In this document: in pieces, positions 55,112 through 64,000 of the stretch
How positions within the stretch are numbered: position 1 is the first letter of the stretch
Layout of the letters: every line of letters starts with the position of its first letter
Source of the DNA: Octopus sinensis
Taxonomy: Eukaryota
Assembly: GCF_006345805.1 (NCBI RefSeq)
Contig: NC_043003.1
Coordinates: 73,594,001-73,658,000, forward strand
Direction of reading: 5' to 3'
Length of the DNA stretch: 64,000 bases
Translations under genes and position numbers: made by a program
The notes under the pieces: generated by a model
What the model saw: the letters and a program-made list of their open reading frames with translations, nothing else
Database searches by the model: none
What the model was told of the DNA's origin: nothing

Positions 55112-55609
55112 TATATAATAATAAAGAACTGCGGCATTTAACCCCTTTTCGTTTCAGTACTTCAACTATGATTGAGATAACTACTCCTAAAGTTGTTCTT
55201 ATTCATACCAGGATAATTGTTATTATAATCCTAATTATAATATTTGCACCAATTCTATTATTTAATTCACACTATCATTGTGGACTTTAACATTAACTGT
55301 AAATAACTCATTCCTCAGTTTCTATGGAGTATCATGTAGTCTACAATTAGCGAATGTATTGTGATAGAATGCACTTTACATCAGTGATGCAAATGTAACT
55401 TTAATATTGTTCATATGAAATATTTTGTCTTATATATGGTCAGTAGATATGATTTACAAATAAAGACTAAAGTTGAGTTATCAATATTAGCCTAAACGAT
55501 TATTCAGGTACCTTAAAATATTTACTAGGTGGATGTAAATAATGCGCCAAATTGTATGCACGAATTTGATAACGGTAAGAAACATGTGTAAGGCATTGAC
55601 CTGGAAGAA

Positions 55610-55742
55610 CTGTTAACACGCCGGACAAAACACTTAGCGGCATTCCGTTTGAATGTTATCATTTCAGATTCTGCCATGGTCGATTTTGGCTTTCTTTCTC
55701 TCGAGGTCGATAAAACAACCACCAGTTTAGTATTGGGGCCTT
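55610..55742 (+). mobile_element. Degenerate SINE, family of 27214-27430
   Basis: cacgccggacaaaacacttagcggcatt ... gtcgataaaacaaccaccagtt. Confidence 0.7.
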
Positions 55743-57865
55743 TTCTCGAAATGGCTAGCCTTCTGTCAAAACGTGAAACAATGAGAAAAAGTTACTTTAT
55801 TTTAGAATATATCAGAAATTATTTTATTGTAAATAAATTTTCAAATGCAATAGTCTTGGTTTACTATATATACATAATTTGTCTATTTACTAGATATATA
55901 TTCCTAAAAAATGTATGATTATATCTAAAAATGATAAAAAGATAATAATGTCCATAGTCGTAGATATGATAGTTTGACGGATAATCTCCTTCTTTTGAGT
56001 CATTATTTATTTGCAAAACGTACCTAGATGCTGGTGCATCTTACAGTGCATCATATTTCACTATTTACTCAATATATGACGCGCAAAATATGATATTCAA
56101 TTATACCTAAGTATGTATTTGAAATATTACACCTATTTCAACGCCCTTGCATACTTTATACATACAAGAAAAGTGTCATTAATAATATTTTAAATAGAGG
56201 CAGACTATTTTCAAATAGTAATGATCTCATGCATTGCATGGTGATTTCATTCTGATTAGCCGTTATATAAACCTGAATAATTAATCAAACTCCAAGAATA
56301 AATATCTCGCCTGTTTTCATTCGATTGCGAAACACGTTATATTATGTTCTGGCAGATGCCCTTTGAAAGTACGACTAGAAAACCAGCAATGCTTTAAATC
56401 CTTCTCAGACATATATTTTCTCAGTTGGTACAGATATGATATTAGTTTGCTTTGTTTAATGTACCCTGAAATGTGTAACATGCCCTGTGTTGGACAGACA
56501 GACTCAAGATTGAAAATATTATTCAAATCTATTTTGGTTCCTTTCATTGCACCTACTTTCATATTTTGCGAGTTCAATGAAATTTTCTTGAAGATAAAAG
56601 AACATACATTTTGCCTATTTGTTTTTCTCTGAGTCTCCTTATCTGTTACAGTTATTATAAACATTTCTACATGAATTATACATTTCCATATTGGAAGCAA
56701 TTTTGTAAATCCGGTTTGTTAAGACGATATCTTTCCAGTGCATAGCTTTCTATAGTGTTTAAGCTTTAGAATTCATTCATCCACCATGTGAAATATCTGG
56801 CTAGGCAATCCCAGTATAGTATATCAGAAAATACATTTTACGCCTTGAAACTCGATGCTTTAATATCATATTTGTTTGTTCTGAGACTATGTTGAAAATT
56901 ACAACACTCCACTAGATATCTATGACACCAAAATTTTAGATGTAATTCCAGCACCGAGATTTTCCTCCTTCCTTGAAAAGCTTTCATATAAAGAAATATA
57001 ATATATTTTCACAGTTAGCAATCCATATCCTTATTTTAGCATACGCGCAAAACAGACCATTACAAGTCTGATTACCAATAACAGTTTTATCAACTATTAT
57101 TGTGCGACTTAATGTGTTATATTCCCCAAAATACGTATCCAATCATTTTGAAGATATTCAGTCAATATGAAATATATTCTTTCTCTTTCTCTCTCACAAT
57201 CTTTCTGTTTCTCTCTCCCCATATATATATATATATATATATACATACATATCCCACTTTTATTCATATGTACGAACTTATTAATACACACACGTATATC
57301 CGCATATATATTCATAGACATATCTTTTATGCTGTAATATATCAAAATATGGAAGTATATTCAGAAGTAGGAATACATATGTACATTTACACTAATAAGT
57401 TCACCAAAGAAACTTTCGAGTCACTGCCAATGAAATAATAATAAAAAGAAGAATATGTATGCAGTGTATTAGTGTTTCAGAGATCGAATTCGGTTAAAAT
57501 GTTGAACTTGATGAACTACAATAAAATTGCAGGAATAGAGCATTCTGATGAGTGACACGAATAGTTAAAAAGCTGCTCATTTTTACCCCTCGCATTTAAT
57601 TAGAAAAATACATATCAATAATTCATTATGTTTCTTTATAGTGCTTTTCCATGGTTTTCATTTCATCTTATTTTCTGCCTTCATCAAATATAATTTTTCC
57701 GTATTTTCATGAATAAAGATTCACTTCATTATGTATAATAATTACAGTAGTTGTCATATTAATCACTTGTTTATCACCTAATTAATATGTTTCTTTCCAT
57801 TCTATTATTTGTAGTATATCTCTATTCTTCTAAATCAAAATTATTGTTGGTGTTGTGGCTGGCAC

Positions 57866-57933
<68 letters not shown>
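57866..57933 (+). repeat. (TAA)n tract 1 of the Dong array
   Basis: Perfect TAA repeat; further tracts at 58029-58082, 61478-61545, 63910-63930. Confidence 0.95.
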
Positions 57934-58027
57934 GACACTCGGCAAGACACTCGGCAAGACACTCGGCAAGACACTCGGCAAGACACTCGGCAAGAAATGG
58001 AAGCAAATTTGAAAGAAGAAAAAAAAA

Positions 58028-58028
<1 letters not shown>
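57932..58028 (+). mobile_element. 97-bp 3'-terminal stub of Dong subfamily B with (AAGACACTCGGC)x5
   Basis: 57980-58028 matches 63861-63909 with 1 mismatch; the 12-mer is single-copy in the long element. Confidence 0.9.
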
Positions 58029-58082
<54 letters not shown>

Positions 58083-58085
<3 letters not shown>

Positions 58086-61000
58086 CATTAACGTATGAAG
58101 ATACATTCTCAACGCAAAAAAAATATCAGAAATAGAAATAGAACATCTAAAAGAAAAACATACCCCAGGAAATTGTAGATAGAAGCTACACAACAATGCC
58201 CAATAATATAAACACTGAAACAGTAAAACACGAAGACAAACGTAACATTCCCAACAAACACGATGTAAACAAAAGACAACAAACCCAGACCGTAAGGATG
58301 CATAATAATACACGACAGACAAACATACGAACGAGAAAAAAAGTGACACAAATGTAAAACCTGGAAAAAATGAAGGGGAGCCTAATGATTATGATACTAT
58401 AAAAAGTAGAATAATCAAAGAACTGAAAAACACAGATCTCAAGATGGACCACCGACCATACCTCCAAAAATCAAAATAGACGAAACAACAACATCAATTA
58501 TAAACAGCATAAAACTAGCCGTCAGTGAACTAATGGCCACTGAAACAAAAAGCGATATCACTGAGCTAAATGACTGAGTATACGCAGCAGCCACTGCAGC
58601 CACAAAAGAAGCTGGATACTCACTCAAACCCATTCAAACAGGAGTACCACCACCAAAACAAACCCTGTGGATAAATAACATCCAAAACAAAATACAAAAA
58701 ATGAGAAAAGATCTGTCGATTCTTAATGAAATCAGTAGACAATCAACGCTACTGAGCAACAAAAAGAAAACAAAAATACTCTGCAAATACAACAGCACAG
58801 AAAAAGATTAATCTGAGATAAAAGAAAACTAAAGCAAGATATCCTTGCTAAAGCACAAAGGCTTCACCGGTACGATAAACGCCAGCGCTTCTTTGAACAA
58901 AACAAAAAGTTCAACTCCAAGCCCAAAAAGTTCTACCAAGAACTTGGCAAAAATAAAATAGAAATCACTGCAGCATCAACGGGAGGAGAAGTGGAAGAAT
59001 TCTGGAGAGAAATATGGTCGGCGAACGAACAACCCAAAAAAAAGGAGTATTAAAACAAATTCAGCATCTGAGCAACTTTGGACCCCCATAACAACTGAAG
59101 AGGTCACCCAGGCACTGCAAAGACTAAGCAACTGGAAGGCACCTGGGCATGACAAGATCCCCAACTTCTGGTTGAAATATCTAACAGGAATGCACAAAAA
59201 GCTGGCTGAAACTTTTAACAACATACTAGCAGAGCCAGAGACAATGCCAGAATGGCTCACGTAGGAGAAAACCATCTTAATTCCCAAATCAAATGAGACA
59301 GCAAAACCAGAAAGCTACAGACCAATAACCTCTCTCTCTACAATGTACAAGGCATTTACTGCAGTGATAGCGCAATGGTTGAACAAGCACCTGGACGAAA
59401 ACAACCTATTTCCAGAAGAGCAGAAAGGATGCCGCAAAGGCTCATATGGCTGTAAAGATCAACTAATGATTAATAAAGCCATAACTGAAGACAGCCACAG
59501 AAAGAAGAAAGGCCTCAGTATGGGCCGGATCGACTACAAAAAGGCGTTTGATAGCATCCCCCACACATGGATCCTTGAAACACTAGCCATTAACAAAGTA
59601 GCACCAACAATTATAAAATTTATAGGACACTCTATGAATAAAAGGCTACAGTGCTACAGCTTCAAACAAATGAGGGACATAAAAACCAAAGCCATTCCCA
59701 TTAGAAGAGGAATATTCCAGGGAGTCACGCTCTCTCCAATCCTTTTCTGCTTGGCACTGTCACCTCTATCTGATATGCTAAATAGAACTGAATGCGGATA
59801 TAAATGTTACGGCAAAACGATCAGCCACCTTTTATATATGGATGACCTAAAAATATACGCTGCAAATGACAAACAGCTGGAAACACTATTAAAGACAGTT
59901 CATGGATTCACCAAAGAAATAGATATGAAATTTGGATTAGAAAAATGCGCCAAAGTAACCATGAAAAGAGGAAAACTAGTTAAGAGTAACAACATCACAC
60001 TAGATAAAACCAATGAAATAAAAGAATTAGACCAAAGCCAAACTTACAAATACTTAGGAATCCATGAACTAGATAAGACACAACACACACAAATGAAAGA
60101 GAAAATAAAAAAAGAATATAATAAACGATTTAGATCAATACTAAAAACAGAGCTCAATGCTAAAAACAAGATAATAGGTATTAACAATTTAGCTGTTCCA
60201 GTTATAAGTTACAGCTACAATATCCTTAACTGGACACTAACTGAACTGACCAAAATAGATAGGAAATCAAGAAAAATAATGACAGGATCTAGGATGCATC
60301 ACACAAAATCTGACATAGAAAGACTATATGTACCATAGAAGGTGGTAGAGGCCTTATACAGCTGGAAAACTACTATAAAATAACCACCATAGGACTGCAA
60401 AAATATCTACTTCAGAAGGAAGGAAAACGGATACAAATAGCGGCAAAACACGAGCAAAACAACAAAAAACTGTTCTCGGTATTTAAGGAAGCTGACAAAT
60501 ACAAACAAGAAATCATACCACCTAAAAAAAAAAGAAGATGAAGAAACAACAAAAGCTATAAAACAAATGAAGTCCAAACTAAAACTAGAACAGCAAAGAA
60601 CCATGATAAAACGATGGCAAAAAGCACCTTCACGGTAAATACTGGACTATACTAAATGCAAAAGAAGTAGACAAAGAAAAATCCCTACAAAGGTTGAGAA
60701 GCTCAGGACTCAAAGCAGAGACAGAGGGATTTTTAATTGCAGCACAAGACCAAAGCCTCCCAACCAGAAATTACCAAAAACATGTAATGAAAAGAAATAT
60801 AACAAGTAACTGCAGAATATGTGGAGATGGACAAGAAACAATAAATCATATTATCTCTAGCTGCCCAGTCCTGGCTAAGAAGGAATATATTCACAGACAT
60901 GGCAGAGTTGCAACCTACATACACTGGAAGCTATGCCAACATTATGGAATAACAACAGAAAAAAGATGGTATAGGCACACACCAGAAAAGGTCACAGAAA

Positions 61001-61474
61001 GCGAGAAAGCAACCATACTCTTAGATATGCCGATGCACACAGATAGAGAAATTAAGGCCAACAGACCAGATAGAGTTGTCAGAGATTATGAAGAAAAGAA
61101 AATGCTTTCTAATTGATGTATCAATACCAGCGGATGACAACGTGTCTCTAAAAGAAATTGAGAAACTTTCAAAATACAAAGAACTGGAAATAGAGGTAAC
61201 CAGAATGTGGAATCTAAAAAAAGAAACAATCCCTATCATAGTAGGTCATTAGGCATGATAAAAAAATATTCAGACAAATACATAACAAAAACACCAGGAC
61301 TTACGAACACATATAACATACAGAAAATTGCACTACTAGGCACTGCACACATCCCACGCAGAACACTTTCCATGCAATAACCATCAGAGCATCACAACAA
61401 ATCACAGCACATACCAAAGGCACACAGAGCTGCGCTCGGTTGTGAAGTGAAAGCACGCTATAAAAATAAAATTA

Positions 61475-61477
<3 letters not shown>
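58083..61477 (+). mobile_element. R4/Dong-clade retrotransposon, subfamily A, decayed
   Basis: N-terminal ITELND*VYAAA...WINNIQ; RT (DYKKAFDS, IFQG, YMDDLK); CCHC CRICGDGQETINHIISSC; REL RPD...IDVSIP...KEIEKLSKY. Stop at 61380; flanked by (TAA)n; multiple frameshifts. Confidence 0.95.
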
Positions 61478-61545
<68 letters not shown>

Positions 61546-61546
<1 letters not shown>

Positions 61547-63909
61547 CACGGTAAGCTAGTTCAGCTGCTCAACGGAATTTTGAGAGACCCAAAGAAAACA
61601 CCTGAATGGTTAGCAAGTGGCATTACTTACCTACTCCCAAAGAATAACGAAATCAACCTTCCAAAAAACTATCGGCCTATAACATGTCTATCCACCACGT
61701 ATAAAATCCTAACATCTATCCTGGCGGAGAAAACATATGCATTCATGGAGAAGAACGATATTTTCCCCATTGAACAAAAAGGGTGCCGCCGAGTCTCTTA
61801 CGGATGCAAAGATCAACTGCTAATCAATCGTATGATCCTTGAGAACTGTCACAACAAGCGCAGAAATCTCAGCACCGCATGGATTGACTATAAAAAGGCC
61901 TTCGACAGTATACCGCATCCATGGATCTTGAGATCGGTGGACATCTTCAAAATTTCCCCTGTGATTTCAAACTTCCTGAAGCACAATATGTCGTTGTGGA
62001 ATACGAATCTCCAATTATACCACTCTAATGGAGTACTTGCCTCAGAAATATAAACATCAACTGTGGAATTTTTCAAGGTGACTCACTTTCACCTTTAATA
62101 TTCTGCATAGCCCTAATACCCCTTACAAGTGAATTAAACAGAACAGGGTATGGGTATAAAATTGCCAATAAAAAAATAAGCCATCTATTTTATATGGATG
62201 ACTTAAAACTTTATGGTAAAGACAATAATGAACTTGAAGGCCTATTGCGCACCGTGGAAGCATTCAGCGATGACATCGGGATGGAGTTTGGACTTGAGAA
62301 GTGTGCCAAGGCCACTTTCCAGAAAGGGAAAGTGAAGACCACAAATTCAGTCGTGTTAGATGTTGACACAGTCATAAGAGAGCTTGAGCAAGAACAGACA
62401 TACAAATATTTAGGGATAAATGAAGGCTCTGGTATTCAGCATGCAAGCATGAAAGAGAAAATCAGGAAGGAATGTTATAGGAGAGTTCGTGCAGTCCTGA
62501 AATCTGAACTAAATGCACGTAACAAGGTGTTAGCTATAAATTCCTTAGCAGTTCCAGTTGTTACTTATAGCTACAATGTGTTGAACTGGAATATGAGTGA
62601 AGTAAAGAATATAGATAGAAAAATACGCAAGCTGCTGAGTTGTAATAGGATGCACCACCCAAAGGCAGACGTAGATCGCCTTTACCTTCCGAGAGCCCAA
62701 GGAGGTCGAAGCCTGATCCAATTTGAACTAGCTTACAAAACAACCACAATTGGACTGGCCAAATATCTCGAAATATCGAATGACTGGATGCTAAAGCTCG
62801 TGGAAAATCACGAGAGACGAAAGAAGCTTCATTCTATCATCAAGGAAAGCAAAAAATTTGCTATTGATCTCGTGCAGGATACCCAAACTGAACAACCCGA
62901 GGGAGATACGGCAACTATTGTTGCAAAGAAGGTGAAAATGATGGCAATGAACAAAGCGCACGAGCAATTGGCTGATAGGTGGGAGGAGAAACCTCTGCAC
63001 GGCAAATATGTGACCCGCAGCAAACAAGCTGATGTTGACCAGAAGCAAACCCATCAGTGGCTGCGGAGCTCAGGGCTAAAAGCAGAGAGCGAAGGTTTCA
63101 TCCTGGCTGCTCAAGACCAAAGCCTATTAACCCGGAACTACCAGGCCAATGTGATGAAAAATGGAGCAGACCCAAAATGCCGATTCTGCAACGATATGAT
63201 TGAAACAGTGGACCACCTAATCTCTGGATGTAAAGTCTTAGCACCAGTGGAGTATAAATTAAGACATGACAGAGTTGGCCAATATCTCCACTGGCTAATA
63301 AGTCGGCATTACAATATCAAAACTGTCGACAAGTGGTATAATCACCACCCTGAGGCTGTAACTGAAGGAGAAAATGTAACCATTCTGTGGGACTTTCCAG
63401 TACATACAGACCGAACCACCAAGGCCAATAAACCAGATATTGTTGTGAAAGACCAAAACAATAAAGTTTGCTTATTGATCGACATGAGCATCCCCTGTGA
63501 TCATAATATCTCAGCGAAGGAGTTTGACAAGCTCAGAAAATATAAAGACCTACTCATTGAAATTGAGAAAATGTGGCATCTCAAGGCGGTTACAATACCA
63601 GTGATCGTAGGAGCACTAGGAATGATCAAGAAGGGAACCGAAAATTATATGAGAATGATCCCTGGCTTACCATCCCTGCAAGAAGTGCAAAAGATTGTCT
63701 TAACTGGTACATCACACGTATTGAGAAGAGCATTGTCGATGTGAGAACTGTTGCTGCTCATGTATTTTAATCTAACAAAAAAAAAAAATGAACGAACTTC
63801 TGAGTTTGGTTTAATGGCCTACCAATATACACTATGAGTTTCTTTGCCCTAGGAGTCGGGAAGACACTCGGCAAGAAATGGAAGAAAATTTGAAAGAAGA
63901 AAAAAAAAG
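61546..63909 (+). mobile_element. R4/Dong-clade retrotransposon, subfamily B, 5'-truncated, young
   Basis: Begins inside RT directly after (TAA)n and ends aaaaaaaag|(TAA)n; only one frameshift seen (near 62050). Confidence 0.95.
61547..63744 (+). pseudogene. Dong-B RT + CCHC + PD-(D/E)xK REL coding region
   Basis: WIDYKKAFDS, GIFQGDSLSP, FYMDDLK, CRFCNDMIETVDHLISGC, KPDIVVKD...IDMSIP...KEFDKLRKY; ORFs 61580-62053 and 62194-63744. Confidence 0.93.
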
Positions 63910-63941
63910 TAATAATAATAATAATAATAACATTAATAATA

Positions 63942-64000
63942 CACAAAAGAAGATGGATACTCCCTCAAACTCATCCAAACAAGAGTACCACCACCAAAGC
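63942..64000 (+). mobile_element. Start of another 5'-truncated Dong subfamily A copy (runs off the window)
   Basis: Matches 58601-58659 with about 6 differences in 59 nt; follows (TAA)n. Confidence 0.85.

Noticed and set aside
56317-56700. 127-aa non-repetitive minus-strand ORF
   Set aside because: No recognisable motif, non-ATG start, no convincing splice context
57932-57991. CRISPR-like or regulatory interpretation of the 12-bp repeats
   Set aside because: No spacers, eukaryotic context, and the unit is a piece of the Dong-B 3' UTR

Overview
AT-rich, microsatellite-dense animal genomic DNA. It is most likely octopus (inference from the tRNA-derived SINE families and the TE and microsatellite content). 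Almost all tracked ORFs are (TA)n/(CA)n translation artefacts. Recognisable coding sequence is mostly transposon-derived: (i) a tandem cluster of R4/Dong-type RT-REL retrotransposons separated by (TAA)n at 57.9-64 kb, plus older R4/Dong relics at 10-11.4 kb (ending in (GAA)n) and 15.3-16.4 kb; (ii) several Tc1/mariner elements, including a full-length 1282-bp DD34D mariner with TIRs and TA TSD, and a Tc1 carrying a ~790-bp copy of neighbouring DNA; (iii) Penelope-like (PLE) RT/GIY-YIG and pLTR remnants, several with minimal type I hammerhead ribozyme motifs, the best inside a direct-plus-inverted repeat at 47.5-48.6 kb; (iv) Helitron, CR1-like and Tx1/L1 fragments and many SINEs. Outside the ORF track I found a chain of short AG/GT-bounded, phase-compatible candidate exons on the + strand (4100-40182). 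They could encode a ~240-aa divergent GT-B (GT4-like) glycosyltransferase-fold C-terminal region. This model was hand-assembled and needs RNA evidence. No CRISPR array, rRNA or true tRNA gene was seen.
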